From the sequence record NC_070958.1: a DNA stretch of 64,000 bases, one strand, 5' to 3'. A model generated the notes under the pieces. It was not told the DNA's origin. It saw nothing but the letters and a program-made list of their open reading frames with translations, and ran no database searches. The translations under genes and the position numbers were made by a program. Positions 37,553 through 47,383 of this stretch are shown here, piece by piece (position 1 is the first letter of the stretch; every line of letters begins with the position of its first letter).

Positions 37553-37885
37553 ATGACCCCCGAAATTATCCATGAAGACAGTGTTGTTACCGCATTCAAA
37601 GTGAATGACCATCTCTACGGCGTTCACCCCAAGAACCTTGAAGTGGGGACTTATCAAGGTATAGTCAAGTTCCAAAAAGGAGACCCGGCAATAGAAGAGA
37701 ATGGTTTGACCTTGGAAGCACTGCTCGCGATTTGTATCAGTCGGCTGGATAGTTGTAACCAAGGTAACTTCAAATGTCTCCATAACGATCTCGCAATCGA
37801 ACATATGAAAGCTGCCAAGGTAGCTCTCGAAGAAAGACAGTCCGATCGCAAGAACCGTTTTGTACTTGCTACCGATAAGGTGTAA
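37553..37885 (+). CDS. tad1: Tad1-like immune-signal sponge protein
   Basis: KFQKG...NG..LL.I...RL....GNF....N..A..H...A...L..R..DR..R.VL.T.K pattern matches the Tad1 family as I recall it. Confidence 0.75.
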   Translation: MTPEIIHEDSVVTAFKVNDHLYGVHPKNLEVGTYQGIVKFQKGDPAIEENGLTLEALLAICISRLDSCNQGNFKCLHNDLAIEHMKAAKVALEERQSDRKNRFVLATDKV

Positions 37886-37886
37886 T

Positions 37887-38372
37887 ATGAAATTTGGTTA
37901 TTCAAAGTTGATGCTGGATCTTGGATCAGCATCCAGAATCCGCAAAGCGGCCATGAAGGTCATCGAAGGAACCGAGAAAGAAAAGGACCAAGCAGTTCTC
38001 GACGTAATCAACATCCCTGCAACCGAACTCCACGCCACACTGATGTATGACAAACGTAATCCGGATATCATTCCGGATACCAACCGTGCATCATATAAGG
38101 CAAAGGTAACCGGTGTTGAACGTCTGGGTACGCCAGGTGGTAACTACTACGCCCTGGTACTGCTTTGCGAGTCAGAAGGGATTACAAAACGTCACGAAGA
38201 ACTTCTCGAACAAGGTTTCAAACATAGCTGGCCTGACCTGAAGATTCACGTTTCACTCAACTATGGTGACCAGGTTACCGTTGCGTACCCTATTATCAAG
38301 GAAGCCTTCGAGAAGGGTTATCTCCCTACCGAAGTGACCTTGGGTGCCGAGTGCTGGAACGAGTGTCGTTAA
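37887..38372 (+). CDS. acb1: Acb1-like 2H phosphoesterase (anti-CBASS nuclease family)
   Basis: Two HxT/S motifs LHATLMY and IHVSLNY; ALVLLCES..I..RH...GFKHSW segment resembles T4 Acb1 (gp57B). Confidence 0.8.
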   Translation: MKFGYSKLMLDLGSASRIRKAAMKVIEGTEKEKDQAVLDVINIPATELHATLMYDKRNPDIIPDTNRASYKAKVTGVERLGTPGGNYYALVLLCESEGITKRHEELLEQGFKHSWPDLKIHVSLNYGDQVTVAYPIIKEAFEKGYLPTEVTLGAECWNECR

Positions 38373-38382
38373 GATGGAAGAA

Positions 38383-38410
38383 GTTTCAGGCATATATTAC
38401 CTAAGTGATA
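38383..38410 (+). promoter_or_regulatory. Phage promoter motif
   Basis: GTTTCA-ggcat-ATATTAC-ctaa-GTGATA; contains TATATTAC. Confidence 0.65.
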
Positions 38411-38444
38411 ACATAACCATGTTTAACAATTCGAGGTAACTACC

Positions 38445-38594
38445 ATGTTTGAAGCAATGTCCAACTCCCAAGCTTTCGGTTTCGCTTTCTTCGGTGCTAT
38501 CGGCGTAATCGCTGTTATCGCTATCGGTACCAATGAATACTTCAAAGCCAAGAAAGCTCTGAAGCGTCCAATGGCTACTCGCAACAAGCGTTGA
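38445..38594 (+). CDS. Small single-pass membrane protein (49 aa), not in ORF track
   Basis: GAGGT upstream; MFEAMSNSQAFGFAFFGAIGVIAVIAIGTNEYFKAKKALKRPMATRNKR; own promoter motif and terminator. Confidence 0.75.
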   Translation: MFEAMSNSQAFGFAFFGAIGVIAVIAIGTNEYFKAKKALKRPMATRNKR

Positions 38595-38599
38595 TATCA

Positions 38600-38622
38600 A
38601 CCCTCTCCCATTGGGAGAGGGT
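38600..38622 (+). terminator. Stem-loop of the ACCCTCTCCC/GGGAGAGGGT family
   Basis: accctctccc-att-gggagagggt. Confidence 0.75.
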
Positions 38623-38660
38623 AGTTTCAATTACATTTATTTTTTTTTGTCGAGGTTCAT

Positions 38661-39074
38661 ATGGCAAATGGTTGCTGTGCAACAATGTCCACTGTGGGTT
38701 ATCTCTACGAACCGTTGGCTCAAATCGACAGGTTAATCGCTTGGTGGTTTGCTAATCGGATCGATCAGTCAGTGATACTCACTGATATTCAATCTTACCA
38801 ATACGTTGTCGCAAGTCATCAGAACGATTTCCGTATTGATGAGTTCCTGCAAGATGTTCAACGTAATCTTCAATCCTACCTCATGGAATGCTTCGAGGGT
38901 GCTGAAGTTAAAGCAACCGCCCCTAATTATGAGGAAGGTGGAAAGATGTTCCATCTCCACATCAGTGGGGTAGTAGAACGTAACGGAGTTCGCTATGATG
39001 TAGCAAGTGCAGTTGCACTTAGCGGTAAAACCTTCGAACTTGTTGAAAACGGGAGAAAGAGAATTGCAAGATAA
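38661..39074 (+). CDS. Conserved phiKZ-like hypothetical protein
   Basis: GAGG upstream; 137 aa. Confidence 0.8.
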   Translation: MANGCCATMSTVGYLYEPLAQIDRLIAWWFANRIDQSVILTDIQSYQYVVASHQNDFRIDEFLQDVQRNLQSYLMECFEGAEVKATAPNYEEGGKMFHLHISGVVERNGVRYDVASAVALSGKTFELVENGRKRIAR

Positions 39075-39864
39075 ATATGACGTAAAGGGAGAACTGGAAG
39101 GTATCCAGGATAAACTCTCCCATGGTAAACTTCTCGACATTGGTGAAGGGTCATTTAAGATCGCTGAAATCAATGGTCGTGATTTCATTCAAACTCCGGA
39201 TGGCGAGTTCCTGGAACACGTTGTGATGGAAGAGAAGTATTTCGTTGAAAACTGGCTGGCTCAGTTCGCTCTGGGTTGGGTTGGTGACAAGTGCTACTTC
39301 GATTTCAATGCCTGGGGAAAGATGACTATCGGGCATACTCGCGGTGTCATCATCGTTGACGAGGATGGTCAATACGTTCTCGACATCCCCAAGTTCTCCC
39401 AAGCAATGCTTCCCGCTGAAGCTAAAGCTGTTCTGGATCAGTGTGCTACCAACGCCGGGGTGGCGAACCTCATTCCCGACGAATCCGAAAAGACTCGTTT
39501 GATCAACACTTTGGCTGAACAAGCCAAGATGATCTCCGAGATCGCTGAAGGTCAGGACCCTCTGGACATCACCAAGATCATTCCTACCGAGTACTTTGCT
39601 CGTCATGGTCTGAACAACCTGGTGATGTACGACACCATCCTGATTCGTGATCGCTACGGCGTGAAGAACGATGACGACGTGGCGCGGATCGAAAAGATCT
39701 TGACTCAATGGACCACTGAGCGCAAAGCCAGTAAAGAAGATAAAGCGTTCATCGTCGAGATCACCAAGGGTGATTTTATTTTCGACACCGAGGAGGATAT
39801 GGTAGAACAAGTATCTTCCAATATTGTTGAAGATGACACCGATTTCGATCCACTCGCAAGTTAA
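39064..39864 (+). CDS. Conserved hypothetical protein
   Basis: In-frame TTG 39064, 7 nt after GGGAGA. Confidence 0.75.
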   Translation: MQDKYDVKGELEGIQDKLSHGKLLDIGEGSFKIAEINGRDFIQTPDGEFLEHVVMEEKYFVENWLAQFALGWVGDKCYFDFNAWGKMTIGHTRGVIIVDEDGQYVLDIPKFSQAMLPAEAKAVLDQCATNAGVANLIPDESEKTRLINTLAEQAKMISEIAEGQDPLDITKIIPTEYFARHGLNNLVMYDTILIRDRYGVKNDDDVARIEKILTQWTTERKASKEDKAFIVEITKGDFIFDTEEDMVEQVSSNIVEDDTDFDPLAS

Positions 39865-39876
39865 CAATAATAGCGG

Positions 39877-41040
39877 GTGATCTCTAGGAGATTAATAGTG
39901 AATCCGTCACCAATTTATAAGGCGCTGTGGTGTTCAGACCAGCACACCTTACACCCGCATACCCACACCAGACATATCTTAGATAACTTGAGTGTCTTTT
40001 ACTATAAAGACAGCAACTTAGATGAGATATCTCACATCGTCTGGGGTGGGGACTTCTTCCATGACCTGTGCGAGTCCAACGATCCCAACATGATCCTGGT
40101 CCAGCGATGGGTCAAAAACTTTTTGGCAATCTGTCATGAGAAACGTATTCATGTCCGTATTCTGGAGGGGACTTCTTCTCACGACTGGGGAATGCCGGAA
40201 ACCCTAGATATATTGAAACCGAAAGACTCCCCGTATATAAAGTACGTCAAGGAGCTTTCTATCGAGTTCATTCCTGAACTTGGTATCAACGTTCTTTACG
40301 TCCCGGATAACTTCGGGAAGATAGCATCTGAGACTATCTACGACAGAACAATCGAGTTGATGGCTAACAAGGGTTTAACCCAAGTTGACTTTATCTACCT
40401 CCACGGTGGTTTCAAGTTCCAACTTCCGCCTATCGCCGATAAACACGGAACATTGTACGATGAGGACAAATGGAGTAAGTTGGCTAGTAAAGCAATCTTC
40501 TCCGGCCACATCCACAAACCAGGTAGAAAACACAACATCTACTGTTCCGGTTCTTTCGATCGTATCGCATTTGGTGAAATGCACCCGAAAGGTGCGTACC
40601 GTTTCGAGTTCGGTAAAGATCACTTCAAAGCCGAGTTCTATGAAAACACCAGGGCTCAGATCTATGACAAAATCATGATCACTCCGGAGATGGAATCACT
40701 CGAGCTTTCCATGAAACTCGAGAAATACATTGACGAAAACAATCCGCCAGCCAGGACTCATATCCGAGTGTGTGGTGGTGATTCCAGTGTAGTGATTCCA
40801 GTGGTAGCCAGTTTCAGGGAAAAGTTTCCAAAGTACATTTTCGATTACGAGAATGCTAAGGAAGATAATGTCGAGATCGATGACACTCTGTACACTCCCG
40901 AGGCATATAAGGCTATCACCTTAACAGCAGACAACCTGGAAGATAACCTTCTTAACTTCATGGCACCAACACTCCATGAGAATGATTGGGTTGACCAGGA
41001 ACTGTTGAAAGAACTTCTACGAGAGGTGATCAATGAATAA
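39877..41040 (+). CDS. SbcD/Mre11-like metallophosphoesterase nuclease
   Basis: SDQH, GGDFF, LEGTSSHD, YLHG, SGHIH motifs. Confidence 0.88.
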   Translation: MISRRLIVNPSPIYKALWCSDQHTLHPHTHTRHILDNLSVFYYKDSNLDEISHIVWGGDFFHDLCESNDPNMILVQRWVKNFLAICHEKRIHVRILEGTSSHDWGMPETLDILKPKDSPYIKYVKELSIEFIPELGINVLYVPDNFGKIASETIYDRTIELMANKGLTQVDFIYLHGGFKFQLPPIADKHGTLYDEDKWSKLASKAIFSGHIHKPGRKHNIYCSGSFDRIAFGEMHPKGAYRFEFGKDHFKAEFYENTRAQIYDKIMITPEMESLELSMKLEKYIDENNPPARTHIRVCGGDSSVVIPVVASFREKFPKYIFDYENAKEDNVEIDDTLYTPEAYKAITLTADNLEDNLLNFMAPTLHENDWVDQELLKELLREVINE

Positions 41041-41839
41041 CAGAACGTTGGGAACACTTCCGATAAGTGTCGGAACTTCCATTGCAATAGAGGGGCTTGC
41101 AAACGCCCCTATGCATCGTTATCAGTCTTTCCTGATCAACATACGGACTATTGTTCGGAACGCTCGTGAGGCGTTTGATGAGCTACCTAACGAAGATGAT
41201 CTCTTCGAGGCGGCAAAGGAAGACATGATCCAAATAGCGACAGCTATAGCCGGGATGAAACTGAAAACCATTTTGGATATGAAGTTCTACTACCCGACCT
41301 ATAATTCGTTACCACGACTTTTCCCAATGGCAAAACTCAAACCAACTGATCCTAGCAAGATGCTGCTCCCTCGTGAACAGAACTTGAAGATCAGGACGAT
41401 CCTGGACAATAAGGTATATCGTAAACTTCTCAGTGAGTTTAACAAGCTTATTGTGCAGATAGATTCGTATCTCCCACAATTTGGTGGGGATGGTTTGATC
41501 ATCACTCATCACCCTGTTGATCTGGTATTGACAGAAAGTTACCACCGTCTCCATCTGTTAGAAAGTCACACCGGTACCATCAAGAACTACACGATGTTGA
41601 CCACCAAGCTGACTGGCGGTGATACCATGCCTAACATGCCGTTGAACAAACTGACCATTCAGATCTTCGGCGATAAAGCAGTCAATTTTCTGTCACAGAA
41701 CCAAGGTGTTAAGAAAGAGATCAAGGAATTAGCCAACAGCGTTCCCTGGAGTTCTGCCTCAACCCATAGTTTCGTTGCAATGTCTATTCGGAAGTTGAAA
41801 GCCTCCCCCGAAAAAGACATCCTCATCAAAATGATTTAA
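41033..41839 (+). CDS. Conserved phiKZ-like protein (possible nuclease-like fold)
   Basis: 268-aa ORF; ITHHPVDL, LLESHTG, IFGD motifs. Confidence 0.75.
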   Translation: MNNRTLGTLPISVGTSIAIEGLANAPMHRYQSFLINIRTIVRNAREAFDELPNEDDLFEAAKEDMIQIATAIAGMKLKTILDMKFYYPTYNSLPRLFPMAKLKPTDPSKMLLPREQNLKIRTILDNKVYRKLLSEFNKLIVQIDSYLPQFGGDGLIITHHPVDLVLTESYHRLHLLESHTGTIKNYTMLTTKLTGGDTMPNMPLNKLTIQIFGDKAVNFLSQNQGVKKEIKELANSVPWSSASTHSFVAMSIRKLKASPEKDILIKMI

Positions 41840-41853
41840 TTAGGAGAAATAAC

Positions 41854-42612
41854 ATGTCCCAACAACAAGGTCAATTCCAGCGTCGTCCCGACACCATGTT
41901 CAACGACTTCCGCTACCCGATGCCTCAGACCCGTGAGCCGGTAGACGGTGCCAAGTTCCCTGCCCGTTGGGTTTGGGATTTCGGTCTGGACGGCAAGGTC
42001 AAGTTCAAGGTCAACGACGGTATCTTCGGTCAACAGGACAAGAACAGCAAACTCAAAGAAGTTGAGCTGGGTGCGATGGACCGGAACTCCATCCTCAACC
42101 TGATCATGAACGCCATCGAAGACCCCAACTTCACCAAGGCTCAGTACCATGTGAAGAAGAAGGTATTCGGTCAAGGCGGTCGTATGAACGATCAACCGTC
42201 TACCCTGGGTACTTTCACCATCATCCGTACCAGCGAAGGCAAGATCGCCGTTGGTTATACCAAGGGTACCTACAAGGTCATGTTCGAGTTCAACGGTCCC
42301 AACGACTCCATCGTTGTGTTGAGCAAAGACGGTCAAAGCTACGAAGACCACGGTCTGATGTCTCGCGTTTACGCCAAGGCGTTTGTCGAGTTCAGTCGCA
42401 AGTTCCTGGACCAGTTCGAGTGGGACAACTTCAAGCCCCGTGAGCGCAAAGAGAACAATGGCGGTGGTAACCGCGGTGGTGGCAACAACAACTGGGGCAA
42501 CCGTAACGGTGGCAACGGTGGTGGCGGTAATAACAACTACAACGGTGGTGGCAACGGTGGCGGTGGCAACCGTCAAGCACCTGCCGACTTCGATGATGAC
42601 ATCGACTTCTAA
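41854..42612 (+). CDS. Putative ssDNA-binding protein with Gly/Asn linker and SSB-like acidic tail
   Basis: G/N-rich linker ending PADFDDDIDF; high-expression codons. Confidence 0.6.
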   Translation: MSQQQGQFQRRPDTMFNDFRYPMPQTREPVDGAKFPARWVWDFGLDGKVKFKVNDGIFGQQDKNSKLKEVELGAMDRNSILNLIMNAIEDPNFTKAQYHVKKKVFGQGGRMNDQPSTLGTFTIIRTSEGKIAVGYTKGTYKVMFEFNGPNDSIVVLSKDGQSYEDHGLMSRVYAKAFVEFSRKFLDQFEWDNFKPRERKENNGGGNRGGGNNNWGNRNGGNGGGGNNNYNGGGNGGGGNRQAPADFDDDIDF

Positions 42613-42624
42613 CACGTTTAATAA

Positions 42625-42650
42625 AGAGCGAGAACTTCGGTTCTCGCTCT
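42625..42650 (+). terminator. Stem-loop with TTCG loop
   Basis: agagcgagaac-ttcg-gttctcgctct. Confidence 0.8.
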
Positions 42651-42683
42651 AAACTTTTTGCTGCTCTATAAATTAATAGACAG

Positions 42684-42700
42684 ATATTATTAGCGTGTAA
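42684..42700 (+). promoter_or_regulatory. Phage promoter motif (partial)
   Basis: ATATTAT-tagc-GTGTAA upstream of 42716. Confidence 0.65.
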
Positions 42701-42715
42701 TCCGTAGGAGGTATT

Positions 42716-44317
42716 ATGCTTTACTCAATCAAGATGAGTGGTAAAAGGAAGATAGAAGGAATCGTTGTTAGTCATAATGGCGAAGAAATCGAATTCCGTG
42801 GAACCCAAAACGTTAACGGTGGTGACGCGAACCAACCGTTGTACGAATTCCTCAATAGCTTCTTCGAGAGTGTCCATGCGCACAAACTGGACCAACTCTG
42901 GGGTTGCCTGAAAGCAGCAAAACGTATCCTGGAACCAGGGTATTTCGAAGGAGAAGAAGAAACTCGTGAACTCGAAGAGTTGCGAGCGAACACTGACAAC
43001 TATGAATTCCTGGTATCCAAGTTGTCCGGGATCTTCAAGCAGATCTACTCCATCATTCCACCAGGTGATATCGCCTACGCCGCAAGTGTAGAGAAACGCG
43101 ATGAACCGCCACGCGACCTGATGCAGGTTGCTTCGACAGGACGGTATCCTGAAGAGACCACCATCACTCCCGACAAATATCGTGAGTTGGTGCGACTCTC
43201 CTTTGCCATCCAACTCAGCTTCCCGATCATGAACCAGTTCCTGGACAACATCGTGAAGAAGACTGGTAAGGAATATCAGTACGCACCAGCGGGCGACATC
43301 ATCACCAGTTTCCCAGCTGTGATCGATATGCCCGGTTGGCGAGTTCTGGAAACCTATATCAGGGCATCCTGTCAACGTCAAGAAAGCAAACGTAACTCAA
43401 TGGAAGTAGTTTCCAATGATCGTTATGTTACCAACATCATTTTCCGTGGTGTCTTTGGTAAGCTGGCGCTGTCTTTCATCCCGAGCCTGGACAGGGATAA
43501 GAACCTGTCTAAGCAACTCAACAGTCTGGTAGAAGGCGAAGTGCGCAAAGAACAATCCACGCGCTTCACTAGCTATACCGACAACAAACCTGGTTCCGAT
43601 GATCAGTCCATCCCGGAAAGTTATCGGATTTGCCAGAACGTTAACGGAACCGAGGAATTAGCTCAGGCCGAGTTCTTCAGTTTCGGGATGTTCGACGAAG
43701 AGGAGAATCCGCGGTACACCAACTTCTTCTACTATCAGTGTCAGGCTCTGGGGATCAAGAACCAGGAACTTGCTGAACGGGTATTCAACTGTATCCCGAC
43801 AGTGACCAATCTCCATCTGACCAAGATTCAGTTGAAGTTGTTGCAACTGGTATATAAAGAAGACATCGGAATGTATCTGGTTCCGGCGTTGGATTATCGC
43901 CAGTACACTGCGGCAATCGCCCTGGCACAAGTTCGTTTGTACGAAATGGGTTATGAGTATCTTGCGCAACTGTGCGGGATCATGCGTAATCCAGAATTGC
44001 CGATCACCTACATGAACGACGAATTCAAGCTCAACACCAAGGAGCGAGATCAGTTGGTAGCGTTGTGTGATCTTTACGACGGTCAATCGGATGCGTCCAC
44101 TGATAACCTCATGGTTATCGCTGCCCAGGAGATGCTGGATGAACTGGGTAATTCTGGTTGGGAAAGTAATATCGAACCTGGGTTGTTTAGCAACCAAGAG
44201 TTCATTGACCACATGTCTGCTGGTGATACTTATGAAGTCTCACTGGTTCCGCAAATCAAGACTGAACTGTTGGAATTCATCGTACTGATGAACACCGCAG
44301 AAACCACCGAACAATAA
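42716..44317 (+). CDS. nvRNAP promoter-specificity subunit (phiKZ gp68-like)
   Basis: 533 aa; synteny in the nucleus-forming core block; assignment is inference. Confidence 0.7.
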   Translation: MLYSIKMSGKRKIEGIVVSHNGEEIEFRGTQNVNGGDANQPLYEFLNSFFESVHAHKLDQLWGCLKAAKRILEPGYFEGEEETRELEELRANTDNYEFLVSKLSGIFKQIYSIIPPGDIAYAASVEKRDEPPRDLMQVASTGRYPEETTITPDKYRELVRLSFAIQLSFPIMNQFLDNIVKKTGKEYQYAPAGDIITSFPAVIDMPGWRVLETYIRASCQRQESKRNSMEVVSNDRYVTNIIFRGVFGKLALSFIPSLDRDKNLSKQLNSLVEGEVRKEQSTRFTSYTDNKPGSDDQSIPESYRICQNVNGTEELAQAEFFSFGMFDEEENPRYTNFFYYQCQALGIKNQELAERVFNCIPTVTNLHLTKIQLKLLQLVYKEDIGMYLVPALDYRQYTAAIALAQVRLYEMGYEYLAQLCGIMRNPELPITYMNDEFKLNTKERDQLVALCDLYDGQSDASTDNLMVIAAQEMLDELGNSGWESNIEPGLFSNQEFIDHMSAGDTYEVSLVPQIKTELLEFIVLMNTAETTEQ

Positions 44318-44340
44318 ACAAGTAAATAGAGGAAATAACA

Positions 44341-45864
44341 ATGCTGCAACTGATCGAAGTTAAATGTGGTCTGACCAACTTCTACCCGGACCAGGTAATC
44401 CGCAACAACGAGATGAATCTCAATAATGAGATCATCAACGACATGGTTCGTGAAAACCTGTCTGGTGGTGTCACCCCGTCCACTCTGCTTCATGGTGCTG
44501 CACTTTGTGGTGGGCTCAGTGCGCAAGCGACTGACTGGGGTCAGATCTATGGTGGCTGGAATGACTCCAAGGGCTTGATGCTCATGAAGTTCGTCCAGGA
44601 AGGTAACAACCCGGTGATGGTAGAATATGTCCACGTGATGGGCTATATCCACAGCAACAACAGTCAAGGTCTGGATCGTAACGCGATCTTCGTACCTCAG
44701 TACAGTTGGCGCACCACCGAGCGTGTGACCGCTGGTGCCACTTTCGACATGGCAACCAACATCAAACGCACCCTCTCTCACCGTACCGACTACCTGATCA
44801 ACGACACCTATCGCCAAGAAGAAATCGTGACCCTCCGTCCTACCGACGTCCTGGATGGTGCTTCCAACCTGATGTGTCGTGAAGACACCATGCGTCTGAT
44901 GGAACAAGAAGGACTCGAATCCTTCGACCCGCAGACCATCGTGGCCGGTTCCTCTGTGAAACGGGTTGGTGTAGTACCTTCCACTCGTTCCAACCTGAAC
45001 CCGTCAGCTTACGCCACCGAATGTCTTGGTGGTGCACTGACCATCCAGAACAACACTCGGAACTACCAACCTGGTTGGAATGGTACCGAGATGTCCGGTA
45101 ACTGGAACACCGTGGCGGAAATTGGCGCAGAGATGCGTGGTCGTGAACCGCTGTTGACCCAGGACGAGTTCTTCCGTGATGTACGGACTCACTCCGGTGC
45201 TGTGGTGGATAACGGGTTCGGCGGTTTCAGCATTGGTGATCTGGAAGTCACCTACCCCAACTTCGAAGACGTGTTGGACTTGACACTGTATGACGCAGAA
45301 ATGTATCAGCAGTTCAACTACACCGAAACTTCCGAAGCGATGGGTACCAGTCAGCTCGGCGAGTTCGTCTCCCAGGAAATCATGATGAACATCATGGACC
45401 TGATGGCGAAGAACGACCTGGCAGCGATCAAGCTCCGTGGTTCCAACTGCGACTACCAAAACGGTGACGGTCATCTGTCCAATGTGAACATCATTCCTTA
45501 CGACGGTGTTTCCCTGAAAGACGACGACTTCAACCTGGGTTACAACATGAAGCAACTGGTGGCCAGCCTGACCACACAGATCTTCGTAAAACTCAACGGT
45601 GTCAATCCCAGTAACCTGGTTCCGCTCCGCTTCTCCATCGAAGCAGAACTGATGGGTACTTGTAACGTAAGTGTCCAGATCGTGGATATGAACAACGCAT
45701 CCCAACACTTCGATATGGCCGAGAGTGGTAACATCGTTGGTATGGTGAACCGTTCCTTCCCGACCTTCGCAATCAACAACTACAGCTCCATCATCGGGAC
45801 CTCCGATACAGCTCTCCAAGGAAGCCAAAACTTCCTGAACAACGTCTCCAGCTATTTCAATTAA
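44341..45864 (+). CDS. picA: PicA/Imp1-like nuclear-import protein (phiKZ gp69-like)
   Basis: 507 aa; directly follows the gp68-like gene; assignment is from synteny. Confidence 0.6.
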   Translation: MLQLIEVKCGLTNFYPDQVIRNNEMNLNNEIINDMVRENLSGGVTPSTLLHGAALCGGLSAQATDWGQIYGGWNDSKGLMLMKFVQEGNNPVMVEYVHVMGYIHSNNSQGLDRNAIFVPQYSWRTTERVTAGATFDMATNIKRTLSHRTDYLINDTYRQEEIVTLRPTDVLDGASNLMCREDTMRLMEQEGLESFDPQTIVAGSSVKRVGVVPSTRSNLNPSAYATECLGGALTIQNNTRNYQPGWNGTEMSGNWNTVAEIGAEMRGREPLLTQDEFFRDVRTHSGAVVDNGFGGFSIGDLEVTYPNFEDVLDLTLYDAEMYQQFNYTETSEAMGTSQLGEFVSQEIMMNIMDLMAKNDLAAIKLRGSNCDYQNGDGHLSNVNIIPYDGVSLKDDDFNLGYNMKQLVASLTTQIFVKLNGVNPSNLVPLRFSIEAELMGTCNVSVQIVDMNNASQHFDMAESGNIVGMVNRSFPTFAINNYSSIIGTSDTALQGSQNFLNNVSSYFN

Positions 45865-45868
45865 GGAA

Positions 45869-47383
45869 ATGACAATGAACCAACTGAACAAAATCTACGT
45901 AGCGGTCAACAAATCCCTCAACGTGGAGTTTGACGAGAACTATGCCATGTTCCTGAACATGGGTGGTGCCAAGCATCCGGTAAAGGTTGACGACAAACAA
46001 GTCTACCTGGGTGAAAGCGAGGTGCTGAACGGCGTTACCATCGGTAAGGTGATCTTCCACCCGGCCTGCGAATCCATCATGTCGAAGGAAACCGAGATCT
46101 TCAAGGTTATCCGGAAACTGACTGCCGCTCGTCTCTATCAAGTCGTGCAGCCGGTTGCGCAAGTCATCTTCGCCGTGGCCGGTAAGAAGTCCGGTAAGAC
46201 TCTGAACGGTAAACTGGTGGAGTTCCTGGCTCCTTTCAAGGCTGCCAGTAAGGAAGTGAAGGATGATGTACTGGCGTTGATCCAGGATATCGGTATCACT
46301 CTGGATGGTGCTGGTATCGATAACCGGATGATCACCTTCAACATGGTGAAGGGTGGTAAGGATGCCGATGGCAACCACATCTATTACACCACCACTCCGA
46401 GCTATCCGTACTACAACGAAGTCGTCAAGTTCATGTCGCAGAACGCCGGCAAGAAACCTGGTGACAAGGTTGTGTTCAACAAGACCAAGGTTGACTACGC
46501 AGCACTGCTGTTGGTTGTCGCCATGTTCGAGTTGGTCTTCCCGTCGGTAACTGATCCGTCCTGCCATGCTGCCAGTGTCACCACTGCCGACTGTGCTCGA
46601 CTGATCTCCTTCTTCCAGTCCTACGCACTGGTCGCATCCGAAGTGAACGCTTTCATCGGTAAGTTCCGTAAGGAATTCGATGCTATCGGGATCTACGGTA
46701 TCGATCTGAGCTGGCTGGGTGATCTGGAAACCATCGGTGAACTGAAAGACCTGATCCCGTCCATGCCGTACAACAACTACAACACCAGTTCTCCGGCCAA
46801 GGAAGCTGCTGCTGATCCGTACGCAGCACTGCTGAACACCAACCGTCAAGTGATCGCACCGACTGTGGCCAACACCACCACCCAGACTCAACAGTCAGCA
46901 ACTGGCCAACCGCCGGCCCCTGCCTGTAAGCCTGGTGAAGCACTGATGAGCTGCGAGTTGATCCCGAGCAACGGTCTGTACGAGTTCAAGTACAGTACCG
47001 CCACCGGTATGATTCGTATCGTCACCACTGCTGAAGATGGTCGGATCCAAACCGAGTCCTACACTTCTCCGCAAGCTCTGGCTGCCAAAGCTCAGATGCA
47101 AGCAATGAAGGAAGCCGCTCTGGGAATGGGTCTGATGATGCCCGGCATGATGCAACCGGTACCCCAGTTCGATGCGTGGGGTAATCCGATTCGCCGTCCT
47201 ACCGGTATCTTCGGTCAAGTACCTCCTGGTTACTTCCGTGACTCTATGACCGGCCAACTGGTACCTGTCCAACAGGGTCACCAGCAACAAGGTGGTCTGG
47301 GTACTCAGGATGCCTGGGGAACTGGTCAACAGCAAGTTCCTTACCAGGATAACTTCTACGGTGGTTACACCAACTTCCAGTAA
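45869..47383 (+). CDS. Conserved phiKZ gp70-like protein with Q/G/P-rich C-terminus
   Basis: 504 aa; synteny. Confidence 0.75.
   Translation: MTMNQLNKIYVAVNKSLNVEFDENYAMFLNMGGAKHPVKVDDKQVYLGESEVLNGVTIGKVIFHPACESIMSKETEIFKVIRKLTAARLYQVVQPVAQVIFAVAGKKSGKTLNGKLVEFLAPFKAASKEVKDDVLALIQDIGITLDGAGIDNRMITFNMVKGGKDADGNHIYYTTTPSYPYYNEVVKFMSQNAGKKPGDKVVFNKTKVDYAALLLVVAMFELVFPSVTDPSCHAASVTTADCARLISFFQSYALVASEVNAFIGKFRKEFDAIGIYGIDLSWLGDLETIGELKDLIPSMPYNNYNTSSPAKEAAADPYAALLNTNRQVIAPTVANTTTQTQQSATGQPPAPACKPGEALMSCELIPSNGLYEFKYSTATGMIRIVTTAEDGRIQTESYTSPQALAAKAQMQAMKEAALGMGLMMPGMMQPVPQFDAWGNPIRRPTGIFGQVPPGYFRDSMTGQLVPVQQGHQQQGGLGTQDAWGTGQQQVPYQDNFYGGYTNFQ

Noticed and set aside
42460-42575. ggtggtggcaac-like repeats
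   Set aside because: Simply encode the Gly/Asn linker; not a repeat-spacer array. I found no CRISPR array in the window.
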